Shown: positions 37,066 to 50,989 of the stretch, in pieces
How the letters are laid out: every line of letters begins with the position of its first letter
How positions within the stretch are numbered: position 1 is the first letter of the stretch
Assembly: GCA_964016885.1 (NCBI GenBank)
Contig: OZ024746.1
Location: 39,556,001 to 39,620,000 of the forward strand
From: Eledone cirrhosa
Lineage: Eukaryota
DNA length: 64,000 bases
Direction: 5' to 3'
Program-made: the position numbers and the translations under genes
The notes under the pieces: generated by a model
Told to the model about the DNA's origin: nothing
The model's input: the letters and a program-made list of their open reading frames with translations, nothing else
Database searches by the model: none

Positions 37066-37323
37066 TTTTCTCAAAATAGGGTTTTTCGAAGTTTTTCGAA
37101 AGATAAAATGTTCACAATACTATTTCGCCCAAAGGCGCAGAATATTTTGAGAGACCGACCAGATCAAAATTTGACCTGGCAGTCCCTCTACAAAATGATA
37201 CAAAAATGAAAGTTTACAGTTTACAATTTCCGTATGAATTTAAACAAAAACTTACCGAGCGAGCTCAGCACATGTGTCCATCAGATAGATATAGATAGAT
37301 AGATAGATAGATAGATATAACAT

Positions 37324-37627
37324 AACTGGCACTCCTTCAGTTACGACGACGAGTGTTAAAGTTGATAAGATCGTAAAATAAACGCTCAAGTGAGCATTCC
37401 ACAGACACGTACTTTTAATATAGTTCTTAGGAAGATTCAGCGTAGATTCTTAGGAAGATTCAAATTTCACAGAATGTGAAAAATCTGGCCCTTCGAATTA
37501 CAGGCGCAACCCAATTTTGCTAGCTGTGTGGACTGGAGCAATGTGAAATAAAGTGTCAAGGACACAACGCACCACGGGGAATCGAACTCACGTCCTTACG
37601 AATATTCTAACAACAAATCTAAGCGCC
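37324..37627 (-). mobile_element. tRNA-derived SINE (family B-like)
   Basis: Minus: GAGTTCGATTCCCC B-box, TTGTGTCCTTGAC..TTCACATTGCTCCAGTCCAC body. Confidence 0.6.
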
Positions 37628-37630
37628 TTT

Positions 37631-37714
<84 letters not shown>

Positions 37715-37721
37715 TGTGTGT

Positions 37722-38400
37722 ATATTAGGATGCATTCAATTTCAAACTCCTTCGAGGTGATATCCAGTTTGACCGAATGTCAGGCTATTTACCCAATAGC
37801 CGTAATAGGGGATTGTTCCTAAGACACGTGAAGAAATCTGACTACACTGTCCGAATCGGAATATAAACGCTACTAGTCCGAAGGCATGGATTTCGTTTCA
37901 GTTTATAATCAGGACCACGGACATACCAACCAGCTCCAGGAAAATCGTTCGTTTTTCGAGAACCAGCTTTTTCCAAAATAACTTTTCCCTTTTACTCGAT
38001 CCGGCCGATCGAAAGATGTGTTTACTTTATAGTCGTTGAAAAGTATAAGTCACTAGGTACAGAAATTCTTGGCCTGTCCGATGACCAACTCATAAATATG
38101 AAATAAACTGACGTTGTAAAATTAGTGAATTTGCTTCCAGGTTAACTCTAGGCCAGGTTATTTTTGACGGGGAAAAGCAAGCGAGATCATTTTCCGCGGC
38201 CTGGAAATCCGAACTTCTTGACGGGGTCCTTGACTAGCCTCTCAAAATATTTCTTCACTGCTATCTTTCGAAACATGTTAACGTCTTATAGAAATATTTT
38301 CCCTGAGACTTTTAGTTTTCATCAGAGGTCTATGACACCGTCTTTGTAGAACAAACTGCTTCAAACCCTCCTACATAGTATTTTGACGCAGTCCCTAAGT
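37722..38400. mobile_element. Possible DNA-transposon remnant
   Basis: Imperfect inverted ends TTAGGATGCATTCAA / TTGACGCAGTCCCTAA; no ORF recognised. Confidence 0.25.
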
Positions 38401-39334
38401 TGTTTCGCACTGTAAGAAAGAGAGGTTTATTGTGTTGTGGTGTTGTTGTTGTTGGTGGTGGTGGTGGGATTGCTGTGCTAATCATCCTTTTGTTTTGTTG
38501 CTGTTTTTATGTTTTTTTAAATGTTTATTTTTATGTTTTTTGATTGTTGTTATTGCTTTTATGTGTTTTCCTATTGTTTTTGTTCTTTTTTATTTTCGTT
38601 GTTGCTTTTTATGTTTTTATTGAGGTTGTATTTATATTTATGGTTATGATGGTTGAGGGTGTTGTTATTGTTGCTACTGCTGTTTTTGATGTTTTGGTTG
38701 CTGCTGCTGCTGCTGTTGCTGCTACATACGGTTATGATGGCCGTGACAGCAATTATATGGTTACTGGAGGTGGAGGTGTTATTTATTGAGAACACCAATC
38801 TTTGCTGCCATTTTTTTTTTATGCTATCGTGACTACCACCATCTTAAACATCACTAATGTTAGTGTTGCTGGTAACGATAATGATGGTGGTGATGGTGGT
38901 GGTGGTGGTGGTGGTGGTGGTGGAATTGCCTGTCGTAACGTCATTGTTTCTGCTACAGCCTGTTAGAATGAGAGAAGAGAAAATCGCATGATCCTCTCCC
39001 CTTTCTGTTGTTTTACTGAAAGCGAGTTACTGACTTTGTATCTTCACCTTCCTATTGCGGTTTGCTCTTCCTTTACTCTCTTTGTCGTTTGTATAAACAG
39101 CAGATGTCATATGAAAATAAATATACACGTAATTCTTCAAATGATCATTTTTTCCAAGATTGAAAATCGAAAGTGTGGCCCAAATAAGTGCCGAAATATT
39201 AGACAACCAACGAACTGCATTCTTGGTTAGATCTGTAACAAGACAGAGCATATTAAAGGGAATAAAGGGCAATATAATAATTTCACAGAGCGCTACCAAT
39301 TCATAACTCACCGTTCAGCTATAATAATTATTTT

Positions 39335-39430
39335 TATTTCTTTATTGGCCACTAGGTCCGAAACATAAAGGACAATACATAGGGACAGTGGGTATTTACA
39401 TAAAAGTGCAGAGAAATAATTTGGGGACAT
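39335..39430 (-). mobile_element. Tx1-like 3' tail remnant
   Basis: Minus ..TTGTCCTTT..CTAGTGGCCAATAAAGAAATA resembles 3' ends of copies A-C. Confidence 0.5.
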
Positions 39431-40079
39431 AATCAGTCGTAACATAAACGCTAACACTATTGATGTAGTGAGCAAAATATTGGCTATGGCCTAATCAGTA
39501 TATGATCAAACCTTCCATCATTAACATCTGTTTATCTTCCTGGTTGTGGTTTTTAATGCTATCGATAAAACATGATAGTAGATTATAGCAATGATTAAAT
39601 AAATATGAAATAATAGAATCGTTAAGAATAACTAAACAAATACAGTTGATTTAAAACAAAAATGGGGTTCTAAAGAAGTGAAGTGAAGGATTTTGCCCAA
39701 GGACAATATCACGACTTCAGTACAATATAAATGCTTGATTCACAAGTTTATAAACTCGATCATTTTACTTCTCAATAAGTGTTGCTTTTTGGTGCAAGTT
39801 AATGTTGTTTATCTTCAGGTCAGACCTGAATCAATAGACCTATAACCAAATATCTCGGAGTTGTCACCGATAGATTGTATCAGCAATGGAGAGTCCATTG
39901 GAAACATTGTTTCCTTGTTCCGATTTGACGAGTTCCACCCCACTCGGTAATCGAATGAATGAAGTCTGGTATTGTGTCGATCGAACACTATCTACATTAT
40001 TTAATGTGACCTGACTTATTTAAGAGGACAAGATTCAATTTGAGCGATGTTTGGTTGTTATTTATTAATAAAATGGTAG

Positions 40080-40465
40080 ATAATTGTTTCTACTTTAGGC
40101 ACAAGGCCAGCAATTACCCAGTGCATTACTGGTACTTTATTTTATCGACTCCGTAAGGATGAAAGGCAAAGTCAACCTCGGCGGGATTTGAACTCAGATC
40201 GTAAAGGGACGTAACTATGCTGGAAAGCATGGCGTCCGATCCTCTACTGATACTGCAAATCCACTGCTGGTAGATAATTGTTTCTAATTTAGGCACAAGG
40301 CCAGCAATCACCCAGTGCATTACTGGTACTTTATTTTATCGACCCCGTAAGGATGAAAGGCAAAGTTAACCTTGACGGGATTTGAACTCAGACTGTAAAG
40401 GGACGTAACTATGCTGGAAAGCATGGCGTCCGACTCTCTACCGATACTGCCAATCCCCCGCCCTA
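40080..40465 (-). mobile_element. Tandem pair of SINE family A
   Basis: Head-to-tail copies at 40080-40265 and 40273-40465. Confidence 0.85.
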
Positions 40466-41615
40466 ACTGGTAGATAATGTTGGGCAAAAAGTATGCTTCT
40501 GGTAAACCGAGAACCCGATCCAATTCCAACGACAGTTGAAGTAATTTGATGCTATTGGCTACGTTGATACTATCGATAAAAGATAAGGATGCAACACGTT
40601 AGATCTCTATACTTCCAGCATACAGATCCTTTGTGCGCATTCTAAAATAAATCAATTGAAATTAAAGAAACTTTCTTGTGTAGACATGAAGCAGAGAATT
40701 TTAGAGAGAAGCAAACTGGAAATTATAATGTTCATTTTTTCCCACTAATAAAGTATTAGAAGAATAAATTAAGTGAAAAAATTCATATCATTAATTGAAA
40801 CTAGTTTGTGCACTACGTTTACCGGAAATTTCACTTTACGGCATCCGGCAGCACTAATGAGGAGTGTAAGATTGTGTGATACCCATGTTTTATGAAAGGT
40901 ATTAGGGAGATAAGTGAAATAATATGGTCTCAAATAAAACTATATAAAAACAAATTTGACATCATGTTGCTTCTACTTTTTCTCCTCAAACTTAGACTGG
41001 AAAAACAACTAAAATAATATATACTGCAGTGATTGTAACAGCACAAGCAGACAACACATAAGCCTACACAGTTATCGTTCTTGAAATTCTCACTTCTGCC
41101 GCCTCTCTTTGTTATACGTTGTTCGCAACTTCTCAGTATAAGCTGGCCTGTGTAAATCAACGTTATGTAGAATATCCATGAGGCCATATATGGCCAGCGT
41201 TTACCCCCAGCCATCTACTTGTTCTACTGGGTGCCTGGTATTCAAATGTAATCCGAGAAAACATGCTGTCGGTCTATTTGAGAACTCGTAAAGAATGTGC
41301 GGGTACTTTTTTCTTTTTCTTTTTCATCTTACGACTTACTGCTTCACTGCTGCTGATGCTACTGCTAGTACTGCACAGGAAACTATAACAAAACAAGAAA
41401 GTGAGAGAAAATAGATAGATAAATAGATAGATAGATAATAAGTAAATAAATATATAAATAAATAAATAACGGCTATGGTTAGTAACCTAGATGCTTGCAT
41501 GTGTTTAAGAACCGTAAATATTTCTCCGTCTATAGAAACCACCTCCACACTTGTAAGTATATTGAGGTAACTTGTTATTGGAGAATATGATATATACATA
41601 TATACATACATATTT

Positions 41616-41729
<114 letters not shown>

Positions 41730-41799
41730 GCGTGTATCTGTGTGTATTATTAGATTATGATGATTATTCTCTACGATAAGGAGAATAAGATAAACGGGT

Positions 41800-41884
<85 letters not shown>

Positions 41885-42148
41885 CAGATAAAGAGAGAAA
41901 GAAAGAGAGGGGGGGTGTGAAGGGAGAGATTTGTTTCTTATTGTTTTTATCGTTGTTTTCTCCCGGACTGTAAAGAATAATATTTATTAGATAGAATATA
42001 TTCTTTAATTAACATATCTTTTGTTTTGACTAGACATTTTGCCAAATTTTCTAAGGGAGGTAAGAACCAACTTAAGTAGATTACTGCTGCTCAGTTAATC
42101 GCATCCGAAGCATGTGCAAGAATCGATGCCAGAAGACAAAAGAATCAG

Positions 42149-42339
42149 CAGACCTGTCAACTCTCGCCGTCCGACGGGGACATCTCCCACCCACTTTGGG
42201 GTGGGTGAGAGATGTCTTCTCTTGTGAAAATGGGTATAGCTTTCATTATGTAAAAATCTCTCCATTTTGCCTCATTTTTCACCGTTTGGGGGCACTCTTT
42301 TTCCTGGTACTCCCCGTTTTTTAGCGGTTGGCAAGTCTG
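42149..42339. mobile_element. hAT-like MITE
   Basis: TIRs CAGACCTGTCAAC / GTTGGCAAGTCTG; TSD not evident. Confidence 0.5.
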
Positions 42340-43176
42340 GATCAGATTAAGTACACTATAAGGATGGTAGTGTAAATTTTGTTGTTTCGATGCCCTAAAC
42401 TATCTGTTTTTTTAGAAGGACGACGGAGACGATTGAGACTAGATGATTTGCTGTAACAAGTTTAGTAACTCACTGTTCTATAAAATCTTCAATTCACAAG
42501 AGGTCGATAAATTAAGTATAATTAATATATTCAACCAAATGTTGAGATGTAACTAGGGTATAGCAAGCATGGCACGTGTCGTGGCGCCACTTGGACTAGG
42601 AGTACTTTCTATTAAAGTCAGATAAGCTGTCATCGGAGGGCGGATAAAGAAATTTCTTCAGATGTATGATCTGTCATTGATTATCATATGTGAAAAACAT
42701 TATGTTGGCTGGATCATTAAACCATTTGTATAAATTATTAGGTAAAAAATGCATATATTGTTTTCAATTAGATAATTAACGAACGCGACTCGTATTTCTG
42801 AGCTGATTTTATGGTTATGTGAAAGATGGGTGTCAGATATTTGGGCAGGGGCGCAATTTCACTGCTTACCATAGGTGCTATATTCCTTAGTTACGTCTCT
42901 GAGCAAAGTTAGTCATGTGTTAAGTCACACGAAGTCAATTTCGGAACGTTTAAACCATGAGAGGGAAACATTTTTAGTACGAGAAAGAGATGAGTTACAA
43001 GTGGAAAATGAACTTGTGGACGTGCATCTATACAAAGAAAAATAATGGATCTTTAGCTTCAAACTCATCGATACGGCACATCATATTGAAGTACTGAATA
43101 ATTGCAATGGTTTAAATAATATTTTTCATATAAATTTTTAGAAACTTTGTCAGTAGACGGTTTCTAATATCAACAT

Positions 43177-43310
43177 GGGTTCGATTCCTTGACTGGGTTG
43201 TGACTTGTGTTCTTGAGCAAAACACTTCATTTCTCGTTATTCCAGTATTCCCAACTCAAAATAAGTGCCATCATTAGCGGGAGTTTATCCCTGCCATGAA
43301 CTGGCGTATG
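43177..43310 (+). mobile_element. SINE family B fragment
   Basis: Matches the 4845 copy. Confidence 0.6.
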
Positions 43311-43321
43311 GTTACGATTTG

Positions 43322-43545
43322 TAGGATATTGCCAGAGAAGTAAGCAGAATGTTATACACAAGCTACTATTGTGGGAACCAACACACGAGAGACGCAGTAG
43401 AGGAAGACCTGCTCGAACCTTTATCGATCAACTCTCAAACGACACAAAACCTCACTAGGGAGTAATTACCAGGGAGCAATGGAATTCATGACTTGTGAAG
43501 AGACTTTGTCAGAAATGTTCGACTGTGGCCGCAATGTTGTTGAAT
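43322..43545 (+). pseudogene. RTE-group LINE 3' fragment
   Basis: GYCQRSKQNVIHKLLLWEPTHERRSRGRPARTFIDQLSND. Confidence 0.65.
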
Positions 43546-44449
43546 TTCAAAGCATGAAGTGGATTAAAGAAAAAATATCTTCCTGGATTGGAAGCCAGTC
43601 TATCACAAATCAGATAACTACAGGATCTAATGCCAATTACTGACTATTATGAAAACTAAGACAATATAAAATGAAGTGTTCTGTTCAAAAACAAAATATA
43701 ACATAAGCAGTGGAGTTGGACTTAATATTGTATTCATACTGAGTCTATACTATTTTAATTGCCTCATTGCATTTCACAGTTTCTTGATAGCTTCCTTTAT
43801 ATCAATCTACATTAGTGCTTTCCAGTTTTGGCAAAGATCGGTCAACTCAAAGCATCACAATACACGATCTTCAAACACCATAAGTAATGAAAAGAATCAA
43901 TCGTAATCAAGAAGCCTTGAGTAAATTTTGAATTTTGAAACTATGTTAGCTTAATGTAAGCTGCCCAACTTGTTCAACTGTTTTCCATAGTCTAAAAACC
44001 TACGTTGAAGCAACTAACATGCTTTCAAACTTCCATTGTATTATTTCCAACTTTTATGCACTCGGGTGTACTGAGATGCAATGAAGAGCGTAATGTCTTT
44101 ATCCACTTGGATTAAACAATGTAATCCAAGTATAATACTTCCAAAATGTGTGCACTGAGGTGCATTTAGATGCATGAAATCTTTATGTACCAGTTATGAG
44201 GAAGGAAAAGTTAGTTAATACTGAGCAGAGATTGGAATTGGATCATGGTCTGAGGCTTGCTGAATGTTTATTATTTACTCTCTCTTGTAAGATCACAAAT
44301 GTATAGGTGATAGGAATGGGAATGTATATTTCTCAGGAACATTTAACAGCACGCATAAAATAATCTTATTTCGATTAAGAATCGAAACTGAGTCGAGATC
44401 TGGGACTACTGTGAAACTTATTTTTCAGTTCTACTTTGCTTGCCAATTA

Positions 44450-45020
44450 CTATTTCTAACATTGGTTCAAGACAAGCAATTTGTGGGGGAAAAGGAAAAG
44501 TCGATTATATCGACCCCGGAAAGATGAAAGACAAAGTTGATCTCGGCAGGATTTGAACTGAGAACGAGGTAGCCATCCAAGTGTTCCAAAGCTTTATATT
44601 AGCAACAAAAGTATATTTCAAAAATTGTCAGAATCTTCTAAAGCGCTATTTATTGACACATCCGCTCCCCTCAAAACAACAACTGAAGCAACAGCAGAAA
44701 GAACAGCAATGACAAGAAGAAGAAGAAGAACTTCTGCTATAGGCACAAGGCCAACAATTTGGAGGAGGGGAAAGTCGATTAAATCGACCCCAGTGCATTA
44801 CTGATATTTTATTTTATCGACCCCGTAAGGATGAAAAGCAAAGCTAAGCTGGGCGGGATTTGAACTCAGAACGTAAAGCGATGTATCTCTCTGCAGATAC
44901 AAAGTTACACATGTATGTAGAGAGAGCGCTGTCGGTTTAATTAACCCTCGTTGTTGGCTTCTACTTATTCTATCGACCTCGGAAACATAAAATATAAAGA
45001 CAAAACTTGGCAAGATTAAC
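44450..45020 (-). mobile_element. Cluster of three degraded SINE family A pieces
   Basis: TATCGACC..AAG(G)ATGAAAG..GGATTTGAAC-like motifs at ~44510, ~44820, ~44970. Confidence 0.65.
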
Positions 45021-46083
45021 TCACAATGTAAAGCATGTGATTAAATTGGGTTAGGAAATGAGCTTGCCTGGCATGTATGCCTTTCTCAAGAGTATTAACA
45101 GTAAATGTTGTAAATTAGTTACAACTATAAATCGAAACCGTAGATTTAGATCATAGCAAATTTATAGTTGGCTATACTGGCTCTCAATAGAGGCCGGGGC
45201 GTAGGTACAAATAAACTACAGTTTTAACTGGAAGAGATAAAGTTTGAATTAGTTCATACATGTATCATTATAATCCAGACTGTGAAATATGCAAGCCATT
45301 TAGTTGGCCATCCTGTTGGGCATAAATCTCGTTAGACTTTTGTTTCTATAGCAACGTTATCACGCTAAATGGTGGTGGTGGTGGTGGGGAATTAGTTTCC
45401 CATAACCAGGAAGCACCATCGGTCTTTAACGATGTTACCAGCTGCGATTGGTTAATTGCAATTTCCATAGCAATAAGAACAGTATGAACAACTGCAACTA
45501 CAACTGCTATTGCACCACTAATGAATTAGAAAAACAGCATAGTAAAAAAATTAACAACAACAAAAGTAATACAAAAAACATCTCCAATAGCGCCAAAACA
45601 GTAACAATAGCCAGAGAATCCAGAGAATTGTTAAGCGGTAACTGTTAATATCAAACTGATAAGTATTCCTAAAGGATGTAAAATTTATTTCTAGTCAATC
45701 TGAAATACCAGCAGCCAAATATGGCGCCCCTGTTAGAGCTATTTCCAGCGATGACGTCACCGGCAGGAGTCTATTCCACAGCATCTCTGCTTCCAAGTAG
45801 AATGAGGTGGTAATTTTATACCCCTTCCGTATATTCTATTATATAAAGAAAAACTTATCCTGATTATTCACTACGTCTAAAAAAAACCAGTTCGTGTCAA
45901 AAGTAAGAAACTACTAAGAAAATATGTTAACTTATTACGTAAGTACATCGCATCAAATTTATGGACAGAGGAAATATTAATATTGTGTTACATATTTGTC
46001 TTTCCAAAAGATATCAGATAGCATGATTGTAGGGCACTTTCCCTATATTATATACATCGAACAATCACGTACACGGGATCGTA

Positions 46084-46280
46084 TTAACCCTTTAGCATTT
46101 GGTAAACACTTTATTTCACATAATTATCTCACATAATATTGAATCAACGAGATTTTGATATTATTTATTTCAAGAACAATACCTTAACATCAGTATGAGC
46201 AGCCAGTTACGGCCAGTTTGAACAGAAAGAGGTGAGAGAATTCTGGCCGGATATGGCCGGTTTAAATACTAAACGGTTAA
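46084..46280. mobile_element. piggyBac-type MITE
   Basis: TTAA|CCCTTTAGCATTT ... AAATACTAAACGG|TTAA. Confidence 0.6.
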
Positions 46281-46857
46281 TCAACTATACTCCCCACTTC
46301 GAAAATGTGTTGTCATGCCAATATGATAGGTGATAAATTACCAGAGTCGTTCGAACATCGGATAGAATGATTTGTGGTATTCGTTTCGGCTCTCTACTCT
46401 CTGAGTTCAAATCCTGCCGAGGTCAATAAAAAGTACTAGACCAGTACTAGGGGTCGATTCTTCCTCTATATCACATCCTCACTTCCATTCTCTCACTTTC
46501 TAACTTTGGCTGGAAGAAATCTGCTGTATTCAGACTTGGAGAGGAGATGGGGTCCACCAAGTTAAAAAAAAAACAATCCCTAAAAAGCTAGTATGTCTCT
46601 TCGACGCCCTTATTATTTTATCAGGAATTTCGGGACTATCACATCGCACATCATATCCCCCACTTCAAAAATCTGTTGTTTCATGGCAATATAAGCAATT
46701 AATATTTGTAAATGGTGAGAGTTTTAGGAAGAGGAATCGGCAACGCATATTTTTCGTGTCGTCTGCTCTGCTCCAAGTTCAAATGCCGTTGATATCGACC
46801 TTTTGATAAAACAAACATCAGAAAAATACTCTGGCCGATTCATCCAAATATTTTTTA

Positions 46858-46935
<78 letters not shown>

Positions 46936-46936
<1 letters not shown>

Positions 46937-47123
46937 GTTATTCCGGGTTGAATCGGAGGTAACCACAGTAAGTAAGGTACTCAATACATAGCAGAGTATA
47001 ACAGTTTTAATATAGATGAGATTCTACAGGACTAGAACTGTTTCATTCATTAGAAAGCAATTAATCCTGATGATTTCTAATGAATGAAACAGTTCTAGTC
47101 CTGTAGAATCTCATCTATATTAA

Positions 47124-47128
<5 letters not shown>
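46936..47128. mobile_element. Fold-back element in (TA)n, probable PLE tail
   Basis: ~54-bp perfect inverted arms (47003-47056 / 47074-47128) with CTGATGA in the spacer and GAAAC in the arm. Confidence 0.6.
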
Positions 47129-47171
<43 letters not shown>

Positions 47172-47173
<2 letters not shown>

Positions 47174-47355
47174 CGAAGGAAGTGTGGTAAGGAACCAAGT
47201 GGACCATAACGCACGAGAGTACTCAATACTTAGGGTAGTAGAGTGGGTAATAGGAAAATGTTCAAGACCCCGACAGCAGAGCTCAAGCCGTTTCGACGGT
47301 CCAGAAATAGCCGTCGAAACGGCTTGAGCTCTCCTGTCGTGGTCTTGAAAATTTT

Positions 47356-47358
<3 letters not shown>
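47172..47358 (-). mobile_element. Fold-back PLE-like tail (family T)
   Basis: Homologous to 15617 and 59653; inverted end. Confidence 0.65.
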
Positions 47359-47406
<48 letters not shown>

Positions 47407-47418
47407 TTATTTATTTAT

Positions 47419-47457
<39 letters not shown>

Positions 47458-47920
47458 CGCATATAATATATACAATATATTCATAAGTATGTATCGGTAA
47501 TACAGACGATAATTTTTATGAAAGTAAATGAATAATTATCTTACGGACTACAGAAGGCCCTTGTAATTTAACTATATATATATGGGATAACATGTTATCG
47601 TTTTAGGTAATCCACTTAGAGGTTGTGGGTACACTGTACTATGGATAGTTTTAACGTATTTAAGGTCGAGTAACGCAACTTCGAGTGATTAGCGGCCTTT
47701 AGACTCACCTGATCAATGAAACAATTGTTAATACTGTAAATAAAACCCTTTGTGTACAGCCGACCATGCTATTCGTCACTCTTTCACTATATATAGACAT
47801 AACGACGGACTTGTGGTATGGAACCAGATGGACCATAATGCATCCAGAAATAGACGTTGAAACGGCTTAAGCTCTGCCGTCGCGGGTCAAACAATTTCCC
47901 ATATATATATATATATATAT

Positions 47921-48177
47921 AGTTATGTAATAAACAACATAAGGCAATTATTCCATTTACCAGTGGTTTCTTAAAAGCAAAAGATTTTGCTTTCAATCCT
48001 CAGAATGAAAAAATCCTGGTCATTTTTACATTCTGAGGATTGAAAGCAAAATCTTTTGCTTTTAAGAAACCACTGGTAAATAGAATAATTGCCTTATGTT
48101 GTTTATTACATAACTATTAAGCTCTGTTACCTACATAGAGCACTCTTTTTTCCTGGACTTTTCCGACGGAATTACCT

Positions 48178-48182
<5 letters not shown>
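47921..48182 (+). mobile_element. Fold-back PLE tail in (TA)n
   Basis: ~87-bp inverted arms (47921-48008 / 48028-48115), each containing a hammerhead. Confidence 0.7.
48030..48081 (+). ncRNA. Type I hammerhead ribozyme motif, intact core
   Basis: ATT-CTGAGGA-TTGAAAGCAAAA/TTTTGCTTTTAA-GAAACC-ACT-GGTA-AAT; predicted cut after GTA (48078). Confidence 0.7.
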
Positions 48183-48253
<71 letters not shown>

Positions 48254-48321
48254 GATAGATAGGTAATCCCGACCACATTAAGTACTACCACTATTAATGG
48301 TCTACCCGGTCTCAGCACCGC

Positions 48322-48362
<41 letters not shown>

Positions 48363-49124
48363 ATATATATATATATATCCTTTACGTTGTGTGGTTTAAC
48401 TAATAGATGTGGTATCTCGTGGCGGTTGGTACAGGAATGGAGTTAAATACTTCAATGAAAATATGAGAAGGCCGGATTCCAGTAAGTTGATTTATTGTTA
48501 CATATTATGCAGCAATAGAGCAACTTCTCTATATATAAGTATCAGACATAGTGAATCTTAGACTACATTAGCCAATGAGTCCTTTCTTGTTTTAAGACAG
48601 TAGGGTAGAATTTCGGGGAGAAATGGCTGCAATTGATACCGGATCGAAAAGCAAGAGTTCTTTAGTTATCTATATGTATTATAATTTCAACTGTTTCCTC
48701 GAGGGAAGTGAATTGTATCTCCTGCGATCTTCAGCCGTAATGTGTGACTGTATTAGATTATCTGAACTACAGACATTGCTAATATAATGTATCACTATAA
48801 ATGGACATTTGTAAAGATATATTTTATTGCAATAATTAAAGAAATAATACGTTCTCACCACACAAATACGGATGTTGGAATAAAAAATTCAAATAATCGT
48901 CCAAATCCTTAGGTATTTATTTTTGCTTCGTCTGATTAAACACATTAAAGGTAACAAAATGCTTTAAGGAGAAAGAGGGCGAGAGAGGGAGAGAGAGAAA
49001 GAGAGAGAGAAATTGAGAGAGATAGAGAGAAATAGAGAAGGGCGGGGCGAGAGTGAATACTTGTGAATTGAACAGTCTAGAAAGGAACATTGTCTACCAT
49101 TACATTTATTATCTAAGTCAAGTA

Positions 49125-49700
49125 AGAGCGATGGATTAACAGAATCGTTAGAGCGCCGGACAAAATGCTTCAAAGTATTTGGTTACGGCTCATTACATTC
49201 TGAGTTCAAATCTGTCGAGAGTAACTTTGCCTCTTATCCTTCTAAGATCGATAAACTGAAGTAACAATACTGTTGTCGACTTAATCTGCTTCCCACTACC
49301 GCCAAAATCACTTCTAGCTTTGTGCCTAAATTAGATACCATTATTCCCTTTACGATCTGAGTTCAAATCCCGCCGAGGTTGACTTTGCCTTTCATCCTTA
49401 CGGGGTCGATAAAATAAAGTACCAGTAATGTACTGGGAAATTGCTGGCCTTGTGCCTAAAGTAGAAACAATTATTAAAGCAGGGCGGTGAATTGGCAGTA
49501 TCGGTAGAGGATTGGACGGCATGCTTTCTAGCATAGTTACTTCCCTTTACAGTCTGAGTTCAGATCCCGCCGAGGCTAACTTTGCCTTTCATCCTTACGG
49601 GGTCGATAAAATAAAGTACCAGTAGTGCACTGGGGTCGATATAATCGGCCTTCACCTCACCCCAAATTGCTGGCCTTATGCCTATAGTAGAAATCGTAAT
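49125..49700 (+). mobile_element. Three consecutive SINE family A copies
   Basis: Diverged copy, truncated copy and full copy GGGCGGTGAATTGGCAGTATCGGTAG.. from 49482. Confidence 0.85.
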
Positions 49701-50989
49701 TAGAGTAAAATAGTAACGCCAAGAGACAATTTACGATGAGTACGAATTAAGGATATAACGTACAGATTACAAGAGCAACAACATTTCTTCTCTTTCTTTT
49801 TATCTTTATTTCTTACATTTAGACGAAGGGAAAGGACCAGAAACGTTAGGTTATTCATTCTTCATGGCAAGTGAAATGAAATTATCGGCTTCGGATAATA
49901 CTCAAACAATAAATACGTGCCGTATAGTAAGAACAGTTTGCCGATCGAAAGAAGTCGTTCTTTAGATTGTAGTATTAATTCCAGTACTTGTGGGTATAAC
50001 TGCGAAAGAGTCGAAGCCTGCATCAGGCTGATTTGCCTAAGTTAAGGACATGCCTTAGTAATTATTTGTATCAAGAAAGATCAAGCCAGTAAAAAGAAAA
50101 TCCTGGTTTATTGGTGTGCAGTAAGAAGAAATGTATATTATAAGCAAAACACTTCGTAGGAGAATGAAAGAAGATAAGAGAGCAGCCACTTACTAAACAA
50201 AGAAATAGCAAGGGCTGGTAAGATAAAAATCTATTTAGAATCTATTTAAAGGTTTCTAAATCTGTGTTCGTCTTTTGATAAAGGACCCTGCACAAAATGT
50301 TAGATAATTCTTTTATGAATTATATGTTTGTATATAAGAATGGGTGTGTGTACCCGATACAAATCCACTTTTAACTGACTTAATTATATCCTATGTACTA
50401 AGATAAAGTATGTAGTACTTTCCTTAACATATTGCAGCTTCGCAATGTGGTCTTGCTTTGCTCCAACTTGTCTAAATCGGCAACACCCTTTAGAGGGACA
50501 GATCATTCGTGTGACGTAAATCAACTCGAGCTCTTTTAAGTGAAATATAATCATATGCTAACCATTTTCTATGTTTGCTATCACGCCACCACTTTCATCT
50601 TTGCCAGGACAATTTGTATCGGTGTCACTTTGAGGTGAGACCTATTGCTCGTCTCCCATTTCCTCAGATAACCGAGTAGACAGACAAAAGAAACGACAAA
50701 CTACAGTTATCGTTTGCGTAGTTTATATTCTATTACCCTTTCTTATTATTGTCCTCGTTATTTCTGTTATCACTGCCACCAAAGGTCTTTGATTAATTAA
50801 TGCTTCTTACTATAGTATTAGATTAAGGGCCTGCTAGATAATATTTGGTGTTGCTTTTTTGTTCAAGGTTTAAAATATATATTCTAACTACCAAATTCTC
50901 TCTATATATATATTTGATATATATTTATCCTTATCGAGCCCTCTTTGGATTTTAGTCTTCACATTTATTATTATTACTATATATATATA

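Larger units (their letters stand above)
31489..37283 (-). mobile_element. Tx1-like non-LTR retrotransposon copy A, apparently intact
   Basis: Two open ORFs, UTRs, AATAAA before (TATC)n tail, (GATA)n upstream at 37284-37316. Confidence 0.95.
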
